Positions 20,289 through 31,100 of a DNA stretch of 64,000 nucleotides are shown here, in pieces; position 1 is the stretch's first letter, and every line of letters begins with the position of its first letter. The translations under genes were made by a program, and so were the position numbers. Under the pieces are notes generated by a model. That model made no database searches. It saw only the letters and a list, made by a program, of their open reading frames with translations, and was not told the origin of the DNA. Origin of the DNA: Bdellovibrionales bacterium (GTDB taxonomy: Bacteria > Bdellovibrionota > Bdellovibrionia > Bdellovibrionales > UBA1609); contig JAWLHR010000008.1 of NCBI GenBank assembly GCA_041690295.1, positions 1 to 64,000 on the forward strand, read 5' to 3'.

Positions 20289-21559
20289 TAAATACGTCCG
20301 AACAACAAGCTACAGTTTGTTCCGCCAAAACCGAAGCTATTGTTCAGTACGTAATTCATTTTTTTCTCGCGAGCGGTCTTGGGAACGTAATCGAGATCGC
20401 AATCGTCGCTCGGATTGTCCAAGTTAATGGTCGGGGGCACGACGCCGGTGACCAAAGCCTGGATGGAGATGACGCTCTCCACGGCGCCGGCCGCACCCAA
20501 AGTGTGGCCAATCATACTCTTCGTCGAAGAAACCCAAAGTTTCTTGGCGTGATCGCCAAACACTTTCTTGATGGCTTCAGTTTCAATTTCATCGCCCGCG
20601 GGTGTGCTGGTTCCGTGGGCATTGATATAGTCAACCACATCGGGATTCACCCGGGCGTCTTTTAAGCTCAAGCTCATGGCCATGGCCGCGCCCGCGCCAC
20701 CCGGTGAGGGCAGAGTCATGTGGTGGGCGTCACTGGAGACGCCGTAACCGCAAAGTTCGGCGTAAATCTTCGCGCCCCGCTGGGAAGCATGCTCATAGTC
20801 TTCAAGGATCAGGATGGCCGCGCCTTCGGCAAGCACGAATCCATCACGGTCACGGTCCCAGGGGCGGCTCGCCGCTTGGGGATTGTCATTTCGTGTGGAG
20901 AGCGCGCGCATGGAATTAAATCCGGCGATCGCCATGGGAGTCACCACCGCTTCGGCGCCGCCGGCGATCATCACATCGCAAACGCCGTCGCGAATGTATC
21001 CCGCCGCCTCGCCGATGGCGTGAGCCCCCGAGGCGCAAGCTGAGGAAATCGCGAAGTTGGGGCCTTTGAAACCATAGTTAATGGTGATTTGGCCGGCCGC
21101 CAAATTGGTGATCACCGCCGGGATAAAAAACGGAGAAACCCGGCCCGGCCCGCGCTCAGTTAAAATTTTATTCTGGGCTTCAATGTAGGGCAGGCCGCCC
21201 ATTCCCACGCCCACCAAAGAACCGATTCGTTCTTTGTCTTTTTCAGAGGGCTGAAGTTGGGCGTCGTCCATGGCCATTTTGGTGGCGGCCAAGGTGAGGT
21301 GGATAAAGCGATCCATCTTTTTTTGTTCTTTTTTCTGAATATAAAGATCAGGATCGAATCCTTTAATCTCGCCCGCGAATTTAGTGTCGTACGTGCCGGC
21401 ATCAAATTGAGTGATCGGTCCAATTCCGGATTGACCGGCGATTAAACCTTTCCAGCTCTCCTCCAGGTTTAAACCAAGAGGAGTGATCAAACCCATTCCT
21501 GTAACCACCACACGACGCTGAGGAGGTGTGGTGCGAACAAAGATGTTACCGGCGCTCAA
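20288..21559 (-). CDS. fabF: 3-oxoacyl-ACP synthase II
   Basis: SACASG, NAHGTST, KSMIGHTLGAAG, NSFGFGG. Confidence 0.98.
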   Translation of the reverse strand: MSAGNIFVRTTPPQRRVVVTGMGLITPLGLNLEESWKGLIAGQSGIGPITQFDAGTYDTKFAGEIKGFDPDLYIQKKEQKKMDRFIHLTLAATKMAMDDAQLQPSEKDKERIGSLVGVGMGGLPYIEAQNKILTERGPGRVSPFFIPAVITNLAAGQITINYGFKGPNFAISSACASGAHAIGEAAGYIRDGVCDVMIAGGAEAVVTPMAIAGFNSMRALSTRNDNPQAASRPWDRDRDGFVLAEGAAILILEDYEHASQRGAKIYAELCGYGVSSDAHHMTLPSPGGAGAAMAMSLSLKDARVNPDVVDYINAHGTSTPAGDEIETEAIKKVFGDHAKKLWVSSTKSMIGHTLGAAGAVESVISIQALVTGVVPPTINLDNPSDDCDLDYVPKTAREKKMNYVLNNSFGFGGTNCSLLFGRI

Positions 21560-21571
21560 GGTGCGACCTTC

Positions 21572-21808
21572 TTAGGCTTTGCCCTTGGTTTGGAGGTAGG
21601 CCATGACGTCTTTCACCGTGCGAAGCTTTTCAGCGTCTTCATCGGGAATTTCGATTTCGAATTCCTCTTCCATGGCCATCACGAGTTCCACGATGTCGAG
21701 GCTATCGGCACCGAGGTCATCAATGAACGAAGACTCGGGTTTCACGCGTTCCGGATCCACGCCCAATTGCTCTTCAATGATCTTCATTACCTTAGGTTCC
21801 AAAGACAT
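21572..21808 (-). CDS. acpP: Acyl carrier protein
   Basis: [14 protein letters not shown]. Confidence 0.99.
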   Translation of the reverse strand: MSLEPKVMKIIEEQLGVDPERVKPESSFIDDLGADSLDIVELVMAMEEEFEIEIPDEDAEKLRTVKDVMAYLQTKGKA

Positions 21809-21895
21809 GTTCTCTCCTTACTCATTACTTTTTTATCTGAACTCTTATTCGCAAACGGAAAATAATTCTGCCCTAACAAATTCCATATGTACAGG

Positions 21896-22642
21896 TCACA
21901 TGTAAAGCCCGCCATTCACCTGTATGACCTGGCCCGTTATATACGCGGATTGATCGCTTAATAAGAAAGCCACGCAGGCCGCGATATCGTCCACGCTACC
22001 CAACCGACCCATGGGGATGCGGCTTTGGATCGCTTCTTTTTGCTTTTCATCCAAAGCTTCCGTCATGTCAGTGACGATGAATCCGGGGGCGACCGCATTC
22101 ACGCGAATGCCGCGGCTAGCCACTTCCAACGCCACAGAACGCGTGAAACCCTCAAGGCCCGCTTTACTGGCACAGTAATTCGCCTGGCCCGGATTGCCCA
22201 TTTGTCCAACCACGCTGGAAATGTTCACGATGGACCCGCCCCGTGCTTTCAACAAAGGCCGAAGAACCGCGCGAGTGCAAAGGAAGGCCCCTCGCAAATT
22301 GGTGGTGAGGACAGCGTCGAAATCCTCGTCCTTCATTCGCATGAGGAGTTGATCACGGGTAATACCGGCGTTGTTCACCAAACCATCCAGCCCTTCAAAG
22401 CGCGCGAACACTTCTTCAAAACATTTATCCACGGATGCGGAATCGGACACATTCAGCGGTAAGCAAAGATGCCCTTCGCCGGGAAGCTCTTTGAGAACTT
22501 TCTCGGCCGAGGCTTGCGAAGAGGAATAGGTGAGAGCCACACGGGCGCCCTGGGCCGCCAAGGACTTGGCGATCCCTGCTCCGATACCGCGACTACCGCC
22601 TGTGATCACAACTCTTTTGTCTTTGAGCATCTGCATATTCAC
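21896..22642 (-). CDS. fabG: 3-oxoacyl-ACP reductase
   Basis: TGGSRGIG, NNAGITRD, YCASK. Confidence 0.98.
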   Translation of the reverse strand: MNMQMLKDKRVVITGGSRGIGAGIAKSLAAQGARVALTYSSSQASAEKVLKELPGEGHLCLPLNVSDSASVDKCFEEVFARFEGLDGLVNNAGITRDQLLMRMKDEDFDAVLTTNLRGAFLCTRAVLRPLLKARGGSIVNISSVVGQMGNPGQANYCASKAGLEGFTRSVALEVASRGIRVNAVAPGFIVTDMTEALDEKQKEAIQSRIPMGRLGSVDDIAACVAFLLSDQSAYITGQVIQVNGGLYM

Positions 22643-23595
22643 CCTTTCAGAGCACTCTCTGCGGCGCGAAGATCATCCATACTGTTAATATTGAACATCT
22701 CAATTTTCGGCGTGATTTTTTTAACCAGACCCGAAATCACTTTGCCGCAGCCCACTTCAATGCCGCGGGTGGCGCCCCTTCGCGCCGCGGTTTCCACACA
22801 TTCAATCCACCGCACGGGCGCGCAAACCTGCTGAATGAGATTTTCCCGAATTTGTCCGGCTTCGGTGACCGGTTCGGCGGAAACATTTTGAATCACCGGG
22901 AAGCGGGCCTCGCGGATGGGCATATCATTCAAGACCTGTCTCATGGTTTCTTCCGCCGGTTTCATCATCGCGCAATGAAACGGCGCCGAGACTTTGAGCG
23001 GAATGAATTTCACCCGACCGGAAACACCGAGAACTTCGGGTTTAAAATTTTCGCCGATCCAATCGAGCAGACTTTTTCGGCCGCTGATCACGATCTGTCC
23101 CGGGGCATTGATGTTGGCGGCTTGCACCGGCGATTCGCCGGTGGATTTTTCCGCCCAGGCGCAAAGTTCATTCACTTTCGCCGGTTCAAGCCCCATCACC
23201 GCCGTCATTCCGCCCTGACCGACGGGTACGGCGTTTTGCATGGATTGCCCGCGCGCGCGGACGGCGCGAATGCCGGAGGTCAAATCCAGGCTTTGCGCCG
23301 CGACCAGCGCGGAATATTCGCCGACCGAATGGCCCGCGCCCATGGCGGGTTGAAAGCCGAATTCATTCGCCAGAACTTTGAAAGTGGCCGTGCTCACCAG
23401 CACCAGCGTGGGTTGCGTGTTTTCGGTCAGCGCCAAATCCGCTTCACTGCCTTCGAAACATAATTTTTTGAAGTCCACGCTGACCGCGTCGGAGGCTTCT
23501 TCAAAGCATTCCCGCGCGACTTTGAATTCGTCGTACAGGAATTTGCCCATACCGGAATGTTGTGAACCTTGGCCGGGGAAAAATGCCGACCACAT
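22639..23595 (-). CDS. fabD: Malonyl-CoA-ACP transacylase
   Basis: FPGQGSQ, GHSVGEY, VSAPFH. Start reassigned to MWSAFF after GAGGT. Confidence 0.97.
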   Translation of the reverse strand: MWSAFFPGQGSQHSGMGKFLYDEFKVARECFEEASDAVSVDFKKLCFEGSEADLALTENTQPTLVLVSTATFKVLANEFGFQPAMGAGHSVGEYSALVAAQSLDLTSGIRAVRARGQSMQNAVPVGQGGMTAVMGLEPAKVNELCAWAEKSTGESPVQAANINAPGQIVISGRKSLLDWIGENFKPEVLGVSGRVKFIPLKVSAPFHCAMMKPAEETMRQVLNDMPIREARFPVIQNVSAEPVTEAGQIRENLIQQVCAPVRWIECVETAARRGATRGIEVGCGKVISGLVKKITPKIEMFNINSMDDLRAAESALKG

Positions 23596-23597
23596 AA

Positions 23598-24590
23598 TCA
23601 ATACCTCAATAAGAGAGAACCGCTGGTGATGCCGGCACCGAAAGCGGTGAGCAAGATGTTTTGTCCACGCTGGATGCGTCCGTCGCGAATCGCGCGGTCC
23701 ATGGCAATGATGATCGTGGCCGCTGATGTATTTCCGGTGTCTTCGATTTCCACGACAACTTTGTCCATGCCAATGCCGAAGTGTTTGGCCACGGCTTCCA
23801 TGATGCGAAGATTCGCCTGGTGGGGAATGATCCACGAAACTTCCTGCGGGGAAACATTGTTCTGTTTAAGCGCCTCTTCACAGGATTCCGACATCGTGCG
23901 GACCGCGTGCTTGAAAATTTCCCGGCCTCTCATCCTCACGTACTGAAGATTTTCGTCGATGACTTTTTGGCTGATCGGAACTTTCGAGCCGCCGGCCGGC
24001 AAAACAAAAAGATCCGAAATTTCACCGTTGGCGTGCAGATGGGAGCTGTAGATTTTCGAGTCCTCATTGTCTTTGGCGCGGGTGACAAGAGCGGCTCCGG
24101 CGCCGTCACCGAAGAGAATGCAGGTCTCGCGATCCTTGTAATTGACGAAGTTATGGAGAATCTCGGCGCCCACGACCAAGATGTTTTTCATGGCGCCCGA
24201 ACGGATGAACTGATCCGCGATGGACAGCCCATAAACAAAACCCGAACAGGCCGCGGAGATGTCCAGCGCCCCGCAGTTTCCGGCGCCGAGTTTGGCCTGT
24301 AAAACACAAGCCGTGTTCGGCATCGGCTGATCCGGTGAGGCGGTGGCCACTAAAATGAAATCAAGTTCAGTCGGGGAAACGCCCGCTTCTTTGAGGGCGA
24401 TTTTCGAAGCTTCAAGGGCGAGATCACTGGTGTATACGCCCTCGTCGGCGATTCGGCGGCAGCTGATCCCGGTGCGTTCACGGATCCATTGGTCGTTGGT
24501 ATCGACCATTTTCTCCAAATCGTGATTGGTTAACCGGCGCTCAGGTAAGTAAGAGCCGGTGCCTGCGATGCGAGATCGATACTCAGCCAC
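23598..24590 (-). CDS. fabH: 3-oxoacyl-ACP synthase III
   Basis: AACSGF, FGDGAGA, PHQAN, GNTSAA. Confidence 0.98.
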   Translation of the reverse strand: MAEYRSRIAGTGSYLPERRLTNHDLEKMVDTNDQWIRERTGISCRRIADEGVYTSDLALEASKIALKEAGVSPTELDFILVATASPDQPMPNTACVLQAKLGAGNCGALDISAACSGFVYGLSIADQFIRSGAMKNILVVGAEILHNFVNYKDRETCILFGDGAGAALVTRAKDNEDSKIYSSHLHANGEISDLFVLPAGGSKVPISQKVIDENLQYVRMRGREIFKHAVRTMSESCEEALKQNNVSPQEVSWIIPHQANLRIMEAVAKHFGIGMDKVVVEIEDTGNTSAATIIIAMDRAIRDGRIQRGQNILLTAFGAGITSGSLLLRY

Positions 24591-24592
24591 GG

Positions 24593-24772
24593 CTATGCTT
24601 GCGCGGTGACGACTTCGCGCCCTTTATAATATCCGCAGCTCAAACAAACATGATGGGGTTTGGAAAGCGCCCCGCAGTTCGGGCACGTTTGCACGCCCGG
24701 AGCGGTTAAAAAGTCATGCGCACGGCGCATATCACGGCGGGAACGCGAAGTTTTCTTTTTCGGTGTCGGCAT
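24593..24772 (-). CDS. rpmF: 50S ribosomal protein L32 (zinc-binding type), missing from the ORF track
   Basis: Translated by hand: [59 protein letters not shown] (59 aa). Confidence 0.97.
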   Translation of the reverse strand: MPTPKKKTSRSRRDMRRAHDFLTAPGVQTCPNCGALSKPHHVCLSCGYYKGREVVTAQA

Positions 24773-24829
24773 ACCTTATCCTATTGAAAACAGAAGAATT
24801 CTAACTTTTAAGCGGAACCGCCCCTGAGA

Positions 24830-25405
24830 TCAACTCTTTAATTTAACTTTTTCCAGGACTTGGAAGGGATTATGGGCTTTAAAGGCGTCGTCAGTCCCAA
24901 TGGACAGCCAGGAGCGCTGTACACCTTCCGCTAAGTTTTCGCAGTTTTCGTCGCAATCCGGGCGGCCAAGGGGGCGAATGGGCTCGGCGAGTGCAATCAT
25001 TTCATGCACATAGTCCACCACGCTAAATTGATGGTTTTGCAAAACAATATAGTCGGGCCCTTCCGCTTCCCACTCATGGGCGTGGTTGGCCCGGGACTGT
25101 TGATCACCCTTTCCCATCGGTGGGGTCATTACAATCATCTCGTGAAGGTCGATTTGAATGGGATATTTGAAGTCTCCGGCGCACCGTGAACACTGCAGGT
25201 CCATCACCGTTTCCAGACGTCCGCGGAGATCATAGCTGTTGCCGGTGGGGGTGATACGAAACTCGATTTTGTAGGGGTTCGAGCCAATCAAATCCGCAAG
25301 ATAGGGGCTGAGCTCTCCGCTTTCGCGGCTGTAATTATAGTCCTGGCCCTCAGCGGATAACTCTTTGAGATTAATGGTCAGTGGATTCGTCCGGCGATTT
25401 GTCAT
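24830..25405 (-). CDS. yceD: YceD/DUF177 family protein
   Basis: LQCSRC motif, NPFQVLEK C-terminus, position upstream of rpmF. Confidence 0.85.
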   Translation of the reverse strand: MTNRRTNPLTINLKELSAEGQDYNYSRESGELSPYLADLIGSNPYKIEFRITPTGNSYDLRGRLETVMDLQCSRCAGDFKYPIQIDLHEMIVMTPPMGKGDQQSRANHAHEWEAEGPDYIVLQNHQFSVVDYVHEMIALAEPIRPLGRPDCDENCENLAEGVQRSWLSIGTDDAFKAHNPFQVLEKVKLKS

Positions 25406-25486
25406 GATTTGTGAAACATAAGGCTTATGGCGCGTTGCAGTCAATAAATTGTCCGCCCTTGGATTCTCCCTCTAGAATGATCACAA

Positions 25487-26323
25487 GTGACAAAACTGCT
25501 CTTGTTGATTTTCGCCCTGACGGGAGTGCCGGCCCAGGCCCAGTCCCAAGGGGTTAATACGATCCGTCTTGGCCGCTCATTAGTGGTTTATAAGCGGCCG
25601 GATTTCCGCTCAGGTGTGGCCTTTACCGTTCCTTCAGGCAGCGTGATCGCCGTGAGCCGCAGGGATTTTCGGGGCTTTAAAAAAATCAGGTTTCGCAGCG
25701 GTGGTAAGAACCGCTATGGGTATGTCCCCAGCTCGGATTTGACCCGGTCCGGTCCTTCCTCGCAGGTTGTACGAACCCACTATGGACCGCTCGCGAGTTA
25801 TTCGATTCTGCAGCAAAAAACCAAAACCTTCTCCACCAGTGATCAGGTGACTTACAAGACCGGAGATTACGAAAGCCGGAACTTCAATTACGGAATTCTG
25901 ATGCAAAGGGGAGCTCGTCATTTTTGGCGTCTCTATCTTGGGCATCGAACGATTGAGTACACCGGCAAGGCCACTTTGAATGTGAATGGGGCTCCGGCTC
26001 AGGATGTTTTTATCCGCTATAGCATGTTGAATTTCGGCGGGCAGATGGCTTGGTCGATTTATTCGGATTTCTGGTATGCGGGATTGGGTTTTGAAGTGAA
26101 TAAGGCCTTAAGCGGAAAAGCCCGATTGGGGGGACAGGATCTGACCGGGTACTCGGATCTACCGGATTATCTCGGTGGTCATGTGATGAGCGGAATTCAA
26201 TATTCGTTTTCACGACAAATCAAATCCATGGCGGAGTTCCGTTGGGGCCTGGTTCCTAACCAGGATCCCAGCGTCACTGTCATGGAATTGGTCTTTTCTT
26301 TGATGTATTCGCCGGGCGATTAA
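25487..26323 (+). CDS. Exported protein with SH3b-like N-domain and probable outer-membrane beta-barrel
   Basis: Signal peptide AQA|Q, RYGYVPSS, alternating aromatic strands. Confidence 0.65.
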   Translation: MTKLLLLIFALTGVPAQAQSQGVNTIRLGRSLVVYKRPDFRSGVAFTVPSGSVIAVSRRDFRGFKKIRFRSGGKNRYGYVPSSDLTRSGPSSQVVRTHYGPLASYSILQQKTKTFSTSDQVTYKTGDYESRNFNYGILMQRGARHFWRLYLGHRTIEYTGKATLNVNGAPAQDVFIRYSMLNFGGQMAWSIYSDFWYAGLGFEVNKALSGKARLGGQDLTGYSDLPDYLGGHVMSGIQYSFSRQIKSMAEFRWGLVPNQDPSVTVMELVFSLMYSPGD

Positions 26324-26454
26324 ATCGGCGGTATCACTTAGATTCATGGAATCCGCCTGTTCAAAGTTTGGACAGCTGTGAACCGTAACAGGGCCTGTGA
26401 AAAAACTTTGGACAGGCTCAGCTCGTAATCTCCTGGATTCTGGATCGGTGGCGG

Positions 26455-26470
26455 TGGCACCGGCGTTGCA
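26455..26470 (+). promoter_or_regulatory. sigma54 promoter
   Basis: TGGCAC-CGGCG-TTGCA, a perfect consensus. Confidence 0.8.
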
Positions 26471-26497
26471 ATCCTGAAGAGCAAAGGAGGGAGAACC

Positions 26498-26869
26498 ATG
26501 AAACAATTAATTAAGCTTGGAATCATCACGCTCGTCATGATTTCCACCTCCGCTTACGCTGATCCCGCGGATGTGAATCTTTCGAAGGAAAGCTTACATG
26601 TTGATTTCAACAAAATGATCGATGAAGGACACCAAGCGAAAGCCAAAATTCAAAAGCACCTCGATCAAGCCATCACGGAAATCAGCGAAGAAGAAGATTT
26701 GGAGCGAAGCCGCGTGTTGGATTTTGTTGATGTGGAGATCGGTTGGGGCGACACCCCGAACACGATCGTCGATCGACGCTTCAACAGCGTGGAGCTCAGT
26801 TCGGAAACCCCGATTTACACCATCGATTTGGATAAATTGGTTCCGAACATACTTGATTTTAAAATTTAA
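26498..26869 (+). CDS. Small acidic secreted hypothetical protein
   Basis: RBS AAGGAGG; signal peptide AYA|D. Confidence 0.85.
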   Translation: MKQLIKLGIITLVMISTSAYADPADVNLSKESLHVDFNKMIDEGHQAKAKIQKHLDQAITEISEEEDLERSRVLDFVDVEIGWGDTPNTIVDRRFNSVELSSETPIYTIDLDKLVPNILDFKI

Positions 26870-26910
26870 TTTCCATAGACCCCCATACCCCCTATGGATG
26901 ACCCCACTCG

Positions 26911-26943
26911 AGCCGGCTGGACCCCACCCGCCGGCTTTTTTTT
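26911..26943 (+). terminator. Rho-independent terminator
   Basis: AGCCGGC...GCCGGCT stem followed by a T-run. Confidence 0.85.
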
Positions 26944-26967
26944 GAGCCGCAGGGGCCGCCTTGTGGC

Positions 26968-28146
26968 CTACTTTTTAAGAAGGGATTCGCAGCGGCGCAA
27001 CTCGCGGTTGCGGAACCACAGGCTTTTTTCGAACTTTGCCAGCTCGCCACTGGAAATCCACTGTGGCCATAGATAATCGCGATGATCAGCCCAATCGGCA
27101 CCGGCCTCGGTCACATAGATGTAAAACGCTTTGAGGGCCTCCTGGGGCTTTACAGGCGGATTTAATAGGTGGTTCACGTCAGGGCTGAAATCCAGCTTGG
27201 CCACTTTGACCCGCGGGCGGATGGGAATCGGGCTCTTTAACTTTTCCAGGAGGAGCAGGCGCTTGTGGAGGAGATCAATTTGCCGCACCCACATGTCCAT
27301 GCTGGTCTGGGGGCGCACGGCACGGAACTCAATCCGTGAGGCCTCACCGGCACTGTAATGGGAGAGATTGACCGCGAAATAGCACTGGCGCGTGCCGCCG
27401 GTACGCCAGTGCTCAAAGCATTCATCCGTCTCCAGATTCATGGCGACGTGAAGGTCTTGCAGAAACTTTTTGGACCCGTCTATTCCGGTGTAATCGCCTT
27501 CATCGAATCCCTTGATAATATTGCGGACCACCCGCTGAACCTTATCCGATTGCACGTAAATCGAGGCGGCATTGTGAGTGTCGTAATTGAACACGCCGAG
27601 AAAAAGCTCGTTGTGGTTTAACATGGTGTCGACGATGAAATTGCGTAGAAGAAGGGGATTGCCGTCAAAAGCCTCAAGGCCCAGATTGATGTGTCCGCCG
27701 CCCATGAACATGGCGGGCCACAGACCTTCGTTCCCGGCGGAAACGAAAATCGCATCCTGCATATCGCTCATATAGCGGCGGTAGTATTCGGGGCTTTCCG
27801 GTATGGTTTTGATTTCCAGAACGCTGTCGTCGTAACCGAACTCAAACCACCAGCCGTTGGGTGAAGTGAAGCGACCGTTGGATTGGCGGGTGTCCAGCCG
27901 GGGCGGGCCAAAGGTGAATTTAGCGCCGTCCGGTTGCCCGTCGATCAGGTGATCCTTCATGCGTTGGATGACGCGGTCACCGCCGGGAACGATCCGCTTC
28001 TTGGGATCTTCGTCCTCGATGGGACCGACTTCGGGATTATAGAACGTGAATTCCGCGCCGAAACGGACAGGCCCAAGCGGCCATCCGGTCACGGGGGCGA
28101 GCAGGAGCAAGAGCAAAAGAACGGCGCGGTCGAAAATTCTCCCCAT
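26968..28146 (-). CDS. Secreted putative amidoligase (COOH-NH2 ligase, glutamine-synthetase-like fold), C-terminal CESLL
   Basis: FGAEFTF, D.SVLEIKT.P, GGGHIN, YFAVN and RIEFR match the order of Amidoligase_2 motifs; signal peptide. Confidence 0.65.
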   Translation of the reverse strand: MGRIFDRAVLLLLLLLAPVTGWPLGPVRFGAEFTFYNPEVGPIEDEDPKKRIVPGGDRVIQRMKDHLIDGQPDGAKFTFGPPRLDTRQSNGRFTSPNGWWFEFGYDDSVLEIKTIPESPEYYRRYMSDMQDAIFVSAGNEGLWPAMFMGGGHINLGLEAFDGNPLLLRNFIVDTMLNHNELFLGVFNYDTHNAASIYVQSDKVQRVVRNIIKGFDEGDYTGIDGSKKFLQDLHVAMNLETDECFEHWRTGGTRQCYFAVNLSHYSAGEASRIEFRAVRPQTSMDMWVRQIDLLHKRLLLLEKLKSPIPIRPRVKVAKLDFSPDVNHLLNPPVKPQEALKAFYIYVTEAGADWADHRDYLWPQWISSGELAKFEKSLWFRNRELRRCESLLKK

Positions 28147-28150
28147 CAGA

Positions 28151-31100
28151 TTAATTCATCAAAGCCGCTTCGCAGGCTTTCGCACGGATCGCAGCGGGTT
28201 CAATGTCCAAAGTCTGCTTGCCCTCTTTCACGGCTTCAGCCCACTCTTTTTCGAGGACGCTGAACTCTTTGGCGTTCATGGTTCCGCCCATTTCCATGAG
28301 AAACTTCACGCCGGCTTCGATCAGGCCCCAGTTGGCTTTGATGTGCGAGACGGCGAGATCACGTGCCTCATCAATCGCCTTTTGCACCAGACGATCGAAC
28401 TTCGCCTGAAGATCGGCCGGCAGATTGGTCACGATGTCACCTTTGGAATCCTTGTAAGCGTGGGCGGCATCGAGTTCCGGCATCAGGTGGGCATCCAAAA
28501 TCATGCGGCGGGCGAGTGAGCCAGCGCGCTCCACATCATTGCTTCGGCCCACGTTATGGGCGTTGTCTTTGCCAACGAAAAGCGTTTCCGCCTCGGAACC
28601 GGCGAGCAGTCCCGCGATGTGTTTCACCATCCATTCCCAATCCGGCGGACCTTGGCGCGGTACATTTCTGTACTGAACATATCCAAGGGCCGAGAAATCG
28701 CCGCCGAAGCTTTCGGGCACGATGGTGATCTTTACCACTTTCTTGCCGGTCACTTTGGTGAAGGCGGTGATGGCGTGACCCATTTCGTGGTAGGCCGTGG
28801 CCATCGCGTTGTCGATGTGCACTTGCGGGATGAACGAAGCTTTATCGGTGAAGTCCGCCTTGGATTCTCCGACTTTTTCTTCGCCCATGTACGTCTCGGC
28901 GTGGATCACGGCTTTACGCGGATCCGGTTTGCTTCCGCTATAGAAGGGATTGGTCGGCTTGATGGTGTGCAGGCGCACCTTGATTTTCAAGCGCGTTCCT
29001 TCTTCGAGAAGCGCATCCCAGCTGTGAGTCAACGCCTGGTCGGTGACCAAGGGGCCGAGGGTGTTCTTAACGAATTCGTTGATCGAGCGCGCGCCGGTTT
29101 TCGGCGAGAACATCAATGCGCCGATTTCTTTGTAAATGTCTTCGGGCAGCTCGATATCGATCGGCTGATTCTTCTCGACTTTTTGTTTCCACTCGTTGAT
29201 CAGCTTTTTCGCGATCAATGTCTTCACGTCTCCCAAAGTCGGGCGCATGAAGTGCGAGAAGGCGAGCCGGCCGATGAAGGCGTCGGTGAATCCCGCTTGG
29301 CTCAAAAGATTCTTAACGAACTGGGGATCCTTCATGACGTCGTTGTAGGTTTCTTCAAGCATGCTGTCGCTGGTCAATCCGCGAAGAATTTCTTCGCCGT
29401 CGTTACCGGTGAAGATCATGACGTGATTGTTCAGCGGATAAACCTTGCCGCTCGGCGAACGGTAAAAACCTTCTTCGAGCATGGTGTAGAACTGCATGGC
29501 CACCGAACGCTTGAAAACGATGTTGTTACCGCCGACGTTGCTCATTTCGTCAAAGAGCAAGACGCCGCCATCCGGATACTGAATCAAAAACTGCTCAAGT
29601 TCGCCCGGCTGGTCGGAACCGATGATGCCTTTTCCGGGAGAAAGGATGGTGTTGAGGTCGCTTTCATGTTGAATGCGGCCCATGTCGAACAGTCGGATGG
29701 CTTCTTTACGCCCGAAAAGATGCTTGGCCAAGACTTTGGCCAGTTCGCTCTTACCGGACCCGGTCACGCCGAGCAGGAAGCCCGCGACCGGGCGACCCTC
29801 TTCACCTTCGAGGAAGCGGGCCTTCACGCCGGAAGCGATGGCGCGGATGGCTTCGTCCTGCCCGAAAATTTCGGACTTCATATTGGCCTCAAGATCCACC
29901 AGGCGCTGGCGGAATTCGGCGTCGAGAAGTTTGTTCTTCACCGGAATCCGAGGGCCGTCGATGGTGAGTTCGTTCTTTCCATCGGTGATGGTCACATAAG
30001 AGACAGTCTTCAACGACTTGTGAAGCTTGGCCGAAATCTTCAGCTCTTTCGACTTGAAGCCGTGCTGAAGTTTGAATTCGTTGATCGCGCGGGAAAGATA
30101 CTGCTGCACATTGGTGCGGATTTGACGGGCGCCCAAGGCTTCGTTGTAAAACGCCGAAGTCATGACTTCGGCCAGGGAATCATCCACCACGATGCGGGTG
30201 TCGCTCTGTTTGTGGTAGTCGCGGACGAATTTGTTGATTTCCAAATGGGCGATTTGGACAGCCTCATCCTTCAAGAGCGGGGAGGCGAAATAAATCCGGT
30301 CCACGCGCTCAAGAATCGCCGACTTCACTTGTTTGCTGGCGTCTTCGGTGTACGATGCTTTTTCCGTGAACGCTTTCTTCAATTGTTCTTCGGTGATCCC
30401 CGCGATCCGGCGATCAAGTTCGGCGCGGGTCATGCCTTTAATGGCATCGTAACTCAGGATCCGGTCGGAATTCTTATTGGATGTCAAAATGAAAAGCGTG
30501 CGGCCCACGTAACGGAGCTTGCCGTCACCGCCCGGGAAAGAGCCTTTGTCCCACATTTCCATGAAGCGAGTCAGGGCATCAGCGGACATCTCCTCAATCT
30601 CGTTCATGATCACGATACCGCCGCCTTTACCGCGGCCGTCGAAGAAATCACAAAGAACGCCTTTTTCTTTATCCGATGAAACATAACCATTGTTCGCCCC
30701 GAACAAGCTGGTCATGGTGTGGGCGTCTTTGTACTGGGTCATATCCAATTCGATGAGGCGGCTCTTATCGCCATAGAATTCCTCAGCGAGAATTTCACCG
30801 AGAAGGGATTTACCGACGCCGGTGGGTCCCATCAGAAGAGCGATATTGTGTTGACGTGAACGGGAAGTGAGAGCGGCGATGAATTGGTCAACGACACCGT
30901 CCACCATGGCTTTTTGGCCGATGATCCGTTCCTTCATCCGCTCTTTCACGCCTTGCATGTAATTGGCGAATTCCTGTTCATTTTGCGGGATGACGGGCAG
31001 GCCGAGTTGGCTGGCGACGAAACGGAATAGATCCGCGCGCTTCGGCGTCACCGCTTTTCCTTTGGCCTTGCGGTTCTGATGGACCATGAAATCTTCGATC

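Noticed and set aside
28556..30679. 707-aa plus-strand ORF
   Set aside because: Antisense shadow of the strongly codon-biased AAA+/M41 gene; no motifs of its own.
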